Source of the DNA: Bryobacterales bacterium
Lineage (GTDB): Bacteria; Acidobacteriota; Terriglobia; Bryobacterales; UBA6623
Reading direction: 5' to 3'
DNA: 64,000 nt
Assembly (NCBI GenBank): GCA_963422375.2
Contig: CAXXKD010000001.1
Location: forward strand, 1 to 64,000
Shown here: positions 23,933 through 33,005 of the stretch, piece by piece
Layout: each line of letters opens with the position of its first letter
Position numbering within the stretch: position 1 is the stretch's first letter
Program-made: the position numbers and the translations under genes
The notes under the pieces: model-generated
Told to the model about the DNA's origin: nothing
Seen by the model: the letters and a program-made list of their open reading frames with translations, nothing else
The model's database searches: none

Positions 23933-24165
23933 GGGGCCGCGAGCGCCGCGAGGCCGTGGCCGCGGCCGTGGCCCGCTACCGCGCCGCGGGCGTGCGCTGG
24001 AGCGACTGGGCCCGCGCGCACGGATTCAAGTACCAGGCCGTCCGGGACGTCGTCCGCGGCCGCAGCGCCTGCTCCCACGGCGAGGCCTTCCGCGTGGCGG
24101 TGGCCATGGGCGCGATCCCGGAGCCGCCGCCCGAGCTGCGGCACCTGAGCGGGGGGCGCCCGTGA
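23929..24165 (+). CDS. Phage DNA-binding protein, BcepMu gp16-like
   Basis: GVRWSDWARAHGF...VRDVVRGRSACSHGEAFRVAVAMG. Confidence 0.8.
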   Translation: MRGRERREAVAAAVARYRAAGVRWSDWARAHGFKYQAVRDVVRGRSACSHGEAFRVAVAMGAIPEPPPELRHLSGGRP

Positions 24166-24563
24166 CGGGCGCGAAGCGGCTGGCGCGGCAGCGCAAGCGC
24201 TACGCCCAAGACAAGGCGCTCGGGGTCTGCGTGCGGTGCGCCCGGATGGTGCCGCGCCTGGGGGACCCCCTCTGCCCCGAGTGCTTGCAGGGCCAGGCGC
24301 GGATATCGCGGCGCTCGAAGCGCAAGGCGCGGGCCGCCCTGGCGTCGAGCGGGCTGTGCGCCCGATGCGGAGCCCGCCCGGCCCGGCGCGGCGTCCTCCT
24401 GTGCGGCGAGTGCAGGGACAGGGAGACCGCGGAGAACAAGCGCCGCCGCGAGGCCCGCGCCGCGCAAGGCCTCTGCATCCAGTGCGGCGCGACCGCCGTC
24501 GCCGGCCGCTATCGCATGTGCCTGGCCTGCCGGCTAGCCGCGTCGGAGCGCAAGAGACGATGA
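24162..24563 (+). CDS. Protein with three tandem CxxC...CxxC zinc-finger repeats
   Basis: GVCVRC..LCPEC, GLCARC..LCGEC, GLCIQC..MCLAC. Confidence 0.75.
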   Translation: MTGAKRLARQRKRYAQDKALGVCVRCARMVPRLGDPLCPECLQGQARISRRSKRKARAALASSGLCARCGARPARRGVLLCGECRDRETAENKRRREARAAQGLCIQCGATAVAGRYRMCLACRLAASERKRR

Positions 24564-24841
24564 CCGTGCGCGCCTTCGTCGAGGGACCGTGGACCGCGGC
24601 CTGCCACGGAACGGGGAATTCGTCTTCGGCGGCGAGGCGGCCCTGTCGAACGAGACGCTGTCGCGCGCACTTCGCGCTAGAGTTCCGCGGGACGCCCCGC
24701 GACATGGCGATCGCGCGGGCGACCGACCGCGAGGGGGTACGCAGGTTCATCGGGCTCTTCATGCCCCTGACGGACTCGCGGGACGGGGGCTGGGATCTGC
24801 CCTGGCCGGACTGGGCCCCGCCCGCGGAGGAGGCGAAATGA
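24560..24841 (+). CDS. Hypothetical phage protein
   Basis: ATGA overlaps at both ends; no recognised motif. Confidence 0.4.
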   Translation: MTVRAFVEGPWTAACHGTGNSSSAARRPCRTRRCRAHFALEFRGTPRDMAIARATDREGVRRFIGLFMPLTDSRDGGWDLPWPDWAPPAEEAK

Positions 24842-25494
24842 CGGCGGCCCGGACGACGGCGGCCTGGACGGTGCGGTACCTGTCGCTCCAGTCCCTGCCC
24901 GGCGAAACCCAGGTCCACGAGGGCGAGCTGGGCGCCTACTTCGCCGAGAGCGCGGAAGAGGCCCTCGACGCCGCCGAGGCCGACGTCGCGGCGGCCAGCC
25001 CGCGCGACCGGCGCTGGTTCGAGCGCGAAGGCCGCGAGTGCGAGTGGTGCTGCTACTGCGGGTGCGCCTGCGGGTGCGCCGCCTGCGAAGCCTGCGACGC
25101 GAGCGCGGACTGCGAGTGCGTCTGCGAGTGCGGCAGGCATCGCGACGCGAGCGGCGAGCCGGTGGAGCTGCCGCGGGTGGACCTGTCCTGCTTCGGCGCC
25201 GGCGCCCTCGCCGGCGAGCGCCCGGGCGTCGCCGCCGGCTCGCGGCACGAGCTGAGGTGCATGCGGGGCGGCGACGGGATGCCGGTCCGGCCCGGCCGGA
25301 GCGTGACGCTCCTGCCGCTCGCGGCCCCGGCGCGCCTGCCGCTGTCGACCCCGCCCGGACCCGGCGAGACGGGCGTGACGGAGGAGCTCGGATCGCCGGG
25401 CTCGGGCGCCGCCCTGGTGCGCTGGGAGCGCTCCGGCGACCTCTGGTGCCCGGTCGCGGATCTCGCGGTCACCCGCAGCCGGAGGTGGGCGTGA
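24838..25494 (+). CDS. Hypothetical protein with a dense Cys cluster
   Basis: GGAGGAGG RBS; CEWCCYCGCACGCAACEACDASADCECVCECGRH. Confidence 0.6.
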   Translation: MTAARTTAAWTVRYLSLQSLPGETQVHEGELGAYFAESAEEALDAAEADVAAASPRDRRWFEREGRECEWCCYCGCACGCAACEACDASADCECVCECGRHRDASGEPVELPRVDLSCFGAGALAGERPGVAAGSRHELRCMRGGDGMPVRPGRSVTLLPLAAPARLPLSTPPGPGETGVTEELGSPGSGAALVRWERSGDLWCPVADLAVTRSRRWA

Positions 25495-26717
25495 CCGTGC
25501 GCGTGGACGAGATCCGCGTCGGGCCGCGGCACCGCCGCGAGCTGGGCGACGTCGAGGAGCTGGCGCGCTCGATCCGCGCGGTAGGCCTGCTGCAGCCGGT
25601 CGGCGTCCGGCGCTCCGGAGAGGGCTTCGAGCTCCTCTTCGGCGCCCGGCGCCTGGAGGCCTGCCGCCGGCTGGGCCGCGAGGAGATCGAGGCCTTGCTG
25701 GTGGACATCGAGCCGGACGCCGGCGAGCGGGCCGAGTGGGCCGAGTGGGAGGAGAACGAGATCCGCAAGGACCTCGCCCCGAGCGAGCGCGTCGCCCTCG
25801 CGGAGGCCCTGCGGTCGGAAAATATTCCGATCGCCGCCGTCCCGCGCCCGGACTCGGAAAATATTCCGAAGCCGACCGTCGCCGAGGCCGCGAAGAGGGC
25901 GGGCTTCGGCAACCAGCGCACCTTTCGCGACGCGCGCAAGGTCGGCGCGAACGGCACCGAGTCGCTGCGCCGGGCGATGGACGCGGGCCGGATCAGCGTG
26001 TCCGCGGCCGCCCGGCTGGCCGATCTCCCGCCCCAGCGGCAGGACGAGCTGGTCGCCGGCGAGCCCCGCGAGCGGCGCGAGGCCGTGCGCTCGCTGCGGG
26101 CGGGCCGGGGCGACCCGGAAAATATTCCGAGTCCCGGCGATCCGGAAAATATTCCGAGTCCGGGCATCCGCCCGCCGACGGCCTCCGAGCGGATCGGCTG
26201 GCTCGTGCGGGCGCTGGAGGCATTCGAGCGCGAAGCCCGCGACGCCGGCGTGACCGCGGCCCACCTGCGGGCGGCGGACGTCGCGCGGCGCGAGACGCTG
26301 CGACGGGCCCTGGCCTCGGCCTCCGGCCTGCTGGACCGGCTGGCCCGCGAGGCGAGCCCGGGCGCGGGAGCGCCTGCCTGGGAAGCCTACGCCGCGGCCT
26401 ACCTCGGGCGCTACGGCGTCCCGCCGGTGCGCAACGCGAGGGTCAACGCGCAGATGGCCCTGTTCGCGAGCCGCGTGCCGGGCGGGGACGCGCCGGCCGT
26501 GGCCGCCTTCTACGTCGGCCATCCCGGCGCCTGGTACGCCCGCGCCGGCCACGCGGTCGGGCAGCTCCTGGCCGACGCCGAGAAGCTGCACATGGAATGG
26601 CGGCGGGGGCGCCCCGTGACGGCCGCGGGGGCGGCCCGCGCCGAGCGCTCCGCGGCCAACGTGGAGAGCTCGCTGGGGGCTCTCGAGCTGCTGCGGGAGA
26701 GCGGGCATGTCCGGTAG
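25491..26717 (+). CDS. ParB N-terminal domain fused to a phage replication-initiator-like C-terminal domain
   Basis: LARSIRAVGLLQPV, LLFGARRLEA and EENEIRKDL (ParB); WEAYAAAYLGRYGVPPVRNARVN...LLADAEKL (phage replication-protein C-terminus as recalled). Confidence 0.8.
   Translation: MTVRVDEIRVGPRHRRELGDVEELARSIRAVGLLQPVGVRRSGEGFELLFGARRLEACRRLGREEIEALLVDIEPDAGERAEWAEWEENEIRKDLAPSERVALAEALRSENIPIAAVPRPDSENIPKPTVAEAAKRAGFGNQRTFRDARKVGANGTESLRRAMDAGRISVSAAARLADLPPQRQDELVAGEPRERREAVRSLRAGRGDPENIPSPGDPENIPSPGIRPPTASERIGWLVRALEAFEREARDAGVTAAHLRAADVARRETLRRALASASGLLDRLAREASPGAGAPAWEAYAAAYLGRYGVPPVRNARVNAQMALFASRVPGGDAPAVAAFYVGHPGAWYARAGHAVGQLLADAEKLHMEWRRGRPVTAAGAARAERSAANVESSLGALELLRESGHVR
25815..26157. 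repeat. Four 16-bp quasi-palindromic repeats (T/C)CGGAAAATATTCCGA; candidate origin iterons or parS-like sites
   Basis: Copies at 25815, 25854, 26115 and 26142; AT-rich islands within a very GC-rich gene. Confidence 0.85.
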
Positions 26718-27240
26718 CGACGCGCGCGCGATGCTCGGGGCGATCACCCTGACGGCCGAGCTGTGCGGGGCGGACCTGAGCGAGCGGGCCCGGGCGGCCA
26801 TGGTGCGGCGCCTGGAGCCGTTCGGCCGCGCGGCCGTGCTGGCCGCCCTCGACCGCGTGCAGGCGGAGCATCACGGCAGGCTGACCCTGGCGGCCGTGAT
26901 CGACCGCATCGAGGACGGGCGGCCGGGCCCGGAGGAGGCCTGGGCCGTCTGCTGGCGCGACGAGAGCGAGTCGGCCTGGCTGACCGCCGAGCAGATCCGG
27001 GCGGCCCGGGCGGCCGCCCCCCTGGCGCGGGCCGGCGACCCGGTCGGGGCCCGCATGGCCTTCCTCGAGGTCTACCGGCGCGAGACGCGGATCGCCCGCT
27101 CGGCCGGCCGCCCCGCGGAATGGCGTCTCGCCCCGGGCTCCGATCCGGAGCGCCTGCGAGAGGCCGTCCGCCTCGGCGCGGCCCGAGGCCTCGCGAGGGC
27201 GCTGCCGCCGGCCGCGAACGGGACGGATGTGGCCGCATGA
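26707..27240 (+). CDS. Putative helicase loader/inhibitor-like replication accessory protein
   Basis: Directly follows the initiator; TAELCG, LTLAAVIDRIEDGRPGPEEAWA and ARMAFLEVY motifs. Confidence 0.6.
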   Translation: MSGSDARAMLGAITLTAELCGADLSERARAAMVRRLEPFGRAAVLAALDRVQAEHHGRLTLAAVIDRIEDGRPGPEEAWAVCWRDESESAWLTAEQIRAARAAAPLARAGDPVGARMAFLEVYRRETRIARSAGRPAEWRLAPGSDPERLREAVRLGAARGLARALPPAANGTDVAA

Positions 27241-28505
27241 GGGCGAATCAGCTACAATCCCTGGCCGAGGTCGGGGACTTGGCGCGGCGCCGGTTGCAGA
27301 AGCAGGGGGAGCTCGTGAAATCCGGCGGCTTTTGGAAGGGCCGCTGGCGCGAGGACGTGCGTCTGGAGGGCGGCGGCATCGCCCGCAAGTGGTCGCCGCG
27401 AGTGATGGTCGCCCCGGCCGAGGGCCGCTTCGCCGTCACCAAGCGCGAGGCCCAGCGCATGTTCTGGGACACCTACCTGGCGAAGCTCGACGACAACAAT
27501 CTCGTGCCGCGCTCGATGGAGACGTTCGGTCACTTTTCAGCGGGTCACTACGACAGAGAGCGCCTCGCGCGCCTGCGGCGGCCCGCATCGCCCCGCCTCT
27601 GCCTCGCCCGGCTCCCGGAATGGTTCGCGCGGCTGCGCCTGCGGGACGTGACCAAGGCGGACGTGCAGCGGGCCTGCGACGAGCTGCTCGCGGCGGGCCT
27701 CGCCCCGGGCACCGCGCGCAACACGCGCGCGGCCGTCCACGCCCTGTTCGAGTTCGCGGCCGAGGAGGGCTTCCACGCCGGTCGCAACCCCGCCCGGGGG
27801 GTGCGGATCCCGCAGGGCGGGACCCGCGAGACGCGGGCCCTCTCCTACCCCGAGGCGCGGGCCCTGCTGGACGGCATGAAGCATCGCGCCGCCAAGGACA
27901 TCACGGCGTGCGCCCTGATGACGGGCTGCCGCATCTCCGAGATCGCCGGCCTCAAGTGGGGCCGCGTCAACCTCGGGAGCGCGTGGAAGTCGGACGGGGG
28001 GACGATCGTGCCGCCGCGCTCGGCGGCCGTCGTCGAGCAGTGGTGCCGGGGCGCCGGCGGGCCCCTCAAGACCGCTTCGAGCCAGCGGGTCGTGCCCCTG
28101 CCCGGACCGCTGGCCGCGATCCTCGGCAAGCGCCGCGACGAGGCTCCCGCGGACTCCGCCTACGTCTTCGCGGGCCCGCGGGGCCGGCCCTGGTCGATCG
28201 GCTCGCTGGCGCGCTGCTACCTCCAGCCCGCGGCGGCGGCCGCCGGCGTCGGACGGGTCCACTGGCACGCCTTGAGGCACACCCACGCCACGTGGCTCTT
28301 CCAGCTGGGCATGGCCGAGCCCGACCGCAAGGCGCAGCTGGGGCATGCCGCGCCCGGGGCGCACGCCGGGTACCTGCACTTGCGCCTCGAGGACCGCAGG
28401 GAGCCGCTGGAGAGGCTGGCCGCCTCGCTGTTCGGGCCGGATCCGGAACCCGAGCCCGAGCCGACCGCCGAGGATCTCGCGGCCCTGGAAGGGTACTTCG
28501 CGTGA
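27237..28505 (+). CDS. int: Tyrosine recombinase / phage integrase
   Basis: TGCRISEIAGLKW, LKT, HALRHTHATW, QLGH and catalytic Tyr region (GYLH). Confidence 0.95.
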   Translation: MRANQLQSLAEVGDLARRRLQKQGELVKSGGFWKGRWREDVRLEGGGIARKWSPRVMVAPAEGRFAVTKREAQRMFWDTYLAKLDDNNLVPRSMETFGHFSAGHYDRERLARLRRPASPRLCLARLPEWFARLRLRDVTKADVQRACDELLAAGLAPGTARNTRAAVHALFEFAAEEGFHAGRNPARGVRIPQGGTRETRALSYPEARALLDGMKHRAAKDITACALMTGCRISEIAGLKWGRVNLGSAWKSDGGTIVPPRSAAVVEQWCRGAGGPLKTASSQRVVPLPGPLAAILGKRRDEAPADSAYVFAGPRGRPWSIGSLARCYLQPAAAAAGVGRVHWHALRHTHATWLFQLGMAEPDRKAQLGHAAPGAHAGYLHLRLEDRREPLERLAASLFGPDPEPEPEPTAEDLAALEGYFA

Positions 28506-30163
28506 AGATTCTGTCCACGTTCGTTCCACGGATGGCCGTCGAGGCCGGCGCGGAGTGGGCTCGATACCGCCTCGGATTGCTGGCCGTAATCCGTTGCGGA
28601 AACGGTAGTTGCGCTTGTTTCGATTGTCCCTTCCCGCCTTCGCGGGCCGGGACCCGCCGGACCCGGCATGCTGTTCGGATCGAACTGCAGGCTCTGCGAG
28701 AAACGCTTCTTCAGCGAGGTCTGCAGGCTGTGGTAGCCCGTCGAGTCGGCTCCCTGGTAGAAGTTGAACCTCTGGAAGTCCTCCAGTCCCAACACCTCGC
28801 TGTACAGCTTCCCGCCCGTGTGCGGCAGGAGCCGGTTGTACGTCGGGTTGAAGATCAGATGCACGCCGCGGTTGCCCACGTAGCCCACATCGAGGACGGT
28901 CGAGTCGGAGATCTGTCGCTGCAGCCCCAGGGTGAACTGGGCGCTGTAGGGCGCCGCCCACTGTGGGTCCACCGAGTTGCCTCCGATCACGCTGCCCGCG
29001 GTCGCGGCCTTCTGCCTCACCTCGTTGGGGTCGCCGAACTGGATGCCCAGCGCCTGCACGGCCGGGCCCACCGCGTTCAGGTGCGAGGGCACGTCCGGGC
29101 CGTTCGTGATGACGTCGATCGGTCCCGCGAAAATGTTGTGGGGCATGAAAAGATGCCCGCGCCGCCGCGGACCACCGTCCGCCCGGAGTCGTCCAGCGTC
29201 CACGCGAATCCGAGCCTCGGCGAGAACATGTTGTAGATGACGTCCCAGAACCGGTGCGGGGGCCGGAAGAGGAGCTGCTTGCCCATCTCCGTGCGCAGCG
29301 TCGCCCCGGGCCGGCCGAACGGACCGTCCCGGTTGAAGATGTTGCCCTTGATGCCGTCGTTCTGGTTTGACCGCGGCACGGACGCGTAGTCCCAGCGCAG
29401 CCCGAGGTTGACCATGAGATCGGGCTTCAGCCGGATGTCGTCCTGCACGAATCCGCCGGCAAACCAGCGCCGCCAGGTGAACTTCTCCAAGGGGAAGACG
29501 TAGCGCGCGGCCGTGATCCGGCCAGACAGCAGGTCCGCCTGCGTCGCGTACTCGTAGATCGGGACTTCCTCGTTGATGCGCGTGCCGCTCATGTAGCGAA
29601 ACATGCCGCCGAACTTGATCACGTGGCGGCCCACGGTCTTGGACAGGTTCTGCTCGAGCGTCGAGGTGTGGCCGTCCTTGGCGAAGACCTCCGCGCCGCC
29701 GCCGGGCCCGCCGAAGCCCCGCAGGAACGGAATCTCGCCCGAGGCGTAGGCTCCGTCGAGCCGGTTGATCGCGTTGACGTTCGTGCACCAGCGGGTTTCC
29801 GACGTCAGCGATGGGCTGATGATGCGGGTCCAGGTGAACGCCCCGTTCTCCTGGATGCCGTCCCAGGTCCGCCAGTTGCCCAGCATCAGCCTCGGAATCT
29901 TCCGCAGCGGCCGGCTGCGGACGTACCGGAACGTCAGGAAGTTGTTGGAGTCGGCGTTGTGGTCGACCTTGACCACCGCGTGGTCGTCCTTGCGGTTCTC
30001 CGTGCCGACCCCTGCGAAGAAGGCGGTCGGCTGGATGCACGGGACGCCCGCCTCGAGATCCCCGCAGGACCTTTGCGTCGGGTCGAGATCCGGGCCGTCG
30101 GCCTCGGTCGGCGCGGGCCAGAGGTCCAGGTACGCCTTGGAGCCGGGGACGGCCGTTTGAATG

Positions 30164-31678
30164 GGGAATTATATATCTGAGTGCCGAGGCAACCGATTTT
30201 GCAAATTATCAGTCCATAAATTAATTTCATACTTCTTCCGGAGATCTGTTGACAATCGGTGGATTATTTTGATAGAATAGTTCCAATATATGAGGTCGTA
30301 TATGAAGCAGAAAGGTCCCGGGAAGTGGTTTCGTAAAGGCATCACTCTGATTGAAGTGATCGCCATGTTCCGCGATGACGAATCCGCGGAAAAGTGGTTC
30401 GCCTCCATGCGCTGGACCGACGGTCCGGTATGCCCCTTCTGCCGCGGCTCCAGCGTGCAGTCCGGCACGGCCCACCCTTCGATGCCGTACCGTTGCCGCG
30501 GCTGCGGCAGGCGCTTTTCCGTGCGCACCGGCAGCGTGATGGCCGACACCAAGCTCGGCTACCGCACCCGGGCCGTCGCCCTGTTCCTGCTGACCACCGG
30601 CATCAAGGGCGTCTCAAGTATGAAGCTGCACCGCGACCTGGGCATCAGCCAGAAGTCGGCCTGGCACCTGGCGCACCGCATCCGCGCGTGCCGGGAGCGG
30701 CATCAGGGCCTGTTCGCCGGCCCGGTGGAGGTGGACGAGACCTGCGTCGGCGGCAAGGAGCGCAACAAGCACGAGAGCAAGAAGGCCCGCGCCGGGCGCG
30801 GGCCCGTCGGCAAGACGCCCGTGGCGGGGGCGCGGGACCGCGCCACGAACGCAGTGGCCGCGCGGCCACTGCCGGGCACCGCCAAGGGCGACCTGCAGGG
30901 CTTCGTGCGCGGCCGGGTCGCGCCGGGCGCGCAGCTCCGCTCCGACGAGGCGGCGGCCTGCGCCGGCATGGCGGAGTTCCCGCACGAAGCCGTCAAGCAC
31001 TCCGGCGGCGAGTACGTGCGCGGGGCGGCGCATACGAACGGCATCGAGTCGTTTTGGTCCCTGTTCAAGCGCGGCCTGTACGGAACCTATCACCGGATGA
31101 GCGTCCGTCATCTCGGCCGCTACCTCACGGAGTTCGCGGGACGGTGCAACGACCGCGACTGCGACACGGCGGAACGGATGCGGCGCATGGCGCGGGGCCT
31201 GGTCGGCCGGACGCTGACCTACCGGCAGCTGACCGGCAAGGCCGCGGTCGCGGCCCGAGCGGCGCCCTCCGAGCCGAGCGCCGCAGCCCGCTGCCGACGC
31301 ACTCTTCACGCTCGGTGCGCTTCACGCTCGGTGCGAGGGGCGCGCCGGATCTGGAATCCCCCGGCGCGACCCGCGTCCGGCCCGGACCGTTCATGCAGGC
31401 CGTCGAGCGCCGGGGATCCGCTGTCTTCGGCCCTCGCAGGGCACGCAATCGGCTTGCAAAGGGTGCCCTCCACCGCCAACCGGATTCCACCGGGCATGCG
31501 AGGGCGCCTCTCTTATCCGTGCCTCGTCCATTCCGCTGGCAGGCTCGATTCAGATACGATCCCACCTTGCCGTGCCTACCGCGGCCGCATTCGAATGACC
31601 CGAGCCAGACGCCGACCTCCCTGCTCACAGCAGTTCTCGTCGGACATGGCGTTGTCGGCACTCAGATATATAATTCCC
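30164..31678 (+). mobile_element. IS1595-family insertion sequence
   Basis: 24-bp TIR GGGAATTATATATCTGAGTGCCGA at both ends; 8-bp TSD TTTGAATG at 30156-30163 and 31679-31686. Confidence 0.95.
30302..31258 (+). CDS. IS1595 transposase (stop codon apparently lost; ORF runs on to 31741)
   Basis: CPFC..CRGC zinc ribbon, VEVDET and HTNGIESFWSLFKRG. CGA at 31256 where the second copy has TGA. Confidence 0.85.
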
Positions 31679-33005
31679 TTTGAATGCGCTGCCTCATGCC
31701 GGAGGACCACACGTCCCCCGACAGCGGCGTCAGCCGGTTGAAGCGGTAACCCTCGAACACGCCGAAGAAGAAGGTCCTGTTCTGGGAGATTGGCCCGCCC
31801 AGCGAGGCGCCGTAGTGGTGGTACACCAGCGGCGACTTCTGCGCCACGATGTGGTTGCGGGCATGCAGGCCGCCCGACTGGTACATCTCGAACAGGCTGC
31901 CGTGGAAGTCGTTCGTGCCGCTCTTGCTGATGAGGTTGATGTTGCCGGCGATCGTGTTGCCGGTTTCCGCCGAGAAGATGTTCTTCGACGTCTCGACCTC
32001 GCGCACCGCCTCGATGCTGATGCCCTTGATGAAGTTGAAGTTCTGGTACAGGGCCAGTCCGGCGAACTCGGCGTCCGGCACGGAATCCACGGCGTCCACG
32101 GTCATCGTGAAGCCGCGCGGGGCCAGGCCGTTGATCGACATCTTCCAGCCGCCGTCCGTTATGGCCGCGCCGGTGCCCAGAGAAGAGGATGCCGGTGATG
32201 TCACGGTTGATCATCGGCAGTTCGTCCACCTGCGTCTCGTTCAGCGAGATGTCCTGTTCGGCGTTGACGGTGTTCATCAGCGGCGCCGCCCCGGTGACGG
32301 TAACCGTCTCCGTGGTTGCACCGATCTCCAAGGTGTAGTTCAGGTTGGCTCGCTGGCCGGTCGCAAGCTGCAACCCCTCGACCGTGGTGGCCTTGAATCC
32401 GTCGGCCGTGAGGACGACGGTGTAACTGCCCGGCGGAATGAAGGTGATCGCGAACTGGCCGTCCTCGCCGGAGGTCTTCGACATCTCCTGACCGGTGGAC
32501 TCGTTCGCAATGTTGACTTCAGTTCCGGGAATGACGGAGCCGCTCGGGTCGAGCACGAGGCCTTGGAGGGTGGCCGTCGTGACCTGCGCCTCCAAGCCCA
32601 CGTGCAAGCCCAGAGCCAGCAGGCAGAGCGCGCCTGCCCGGAGCAGGCGTGAGCCGGGTCGATGCATGCACATGGCGTTCTAACTCCTTTCTCTCGAGTT
32701 CGCCGCCGAAGGCGTCCCCGCGCTGACCGCGCCGCGCGGTCCCCAACGGCACCGCCTGTCGAATCACTCGTGCCTACGCAGAACCGGCGATTCGAGGTGC
32801 AGCTGTCGACTCGAGACGCCCTACAATCCGTCGAGCGAGCTGTCCTGCGAGTCTGGGCGCCGCTGCGCCCCCGCGGGAGCCGGCACGGCTTGACAGGCGG
32901 ACCGAGGTGTAGTCGAATTGTGGCGCCCTTCAGGGGCTTCGAGTGCCGCTTGCGACAGACGAATCCCTTCGGCGGGGCCGTCGAGAAAGGAAAACTGTGC
33001 AACGA

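Larger units (their letters stand above)
28680..32673 (-). pseudogene. TonB-dependent receptor pseudogene, paralog of 33006..36134
   Basis: Long shared peptides with the intact paralog. Frameshifts near 32180 and 29150, an IS1595 insertion, and homology ending at ...KKRFSQSLQF near 28680. Confidence 0.9.
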
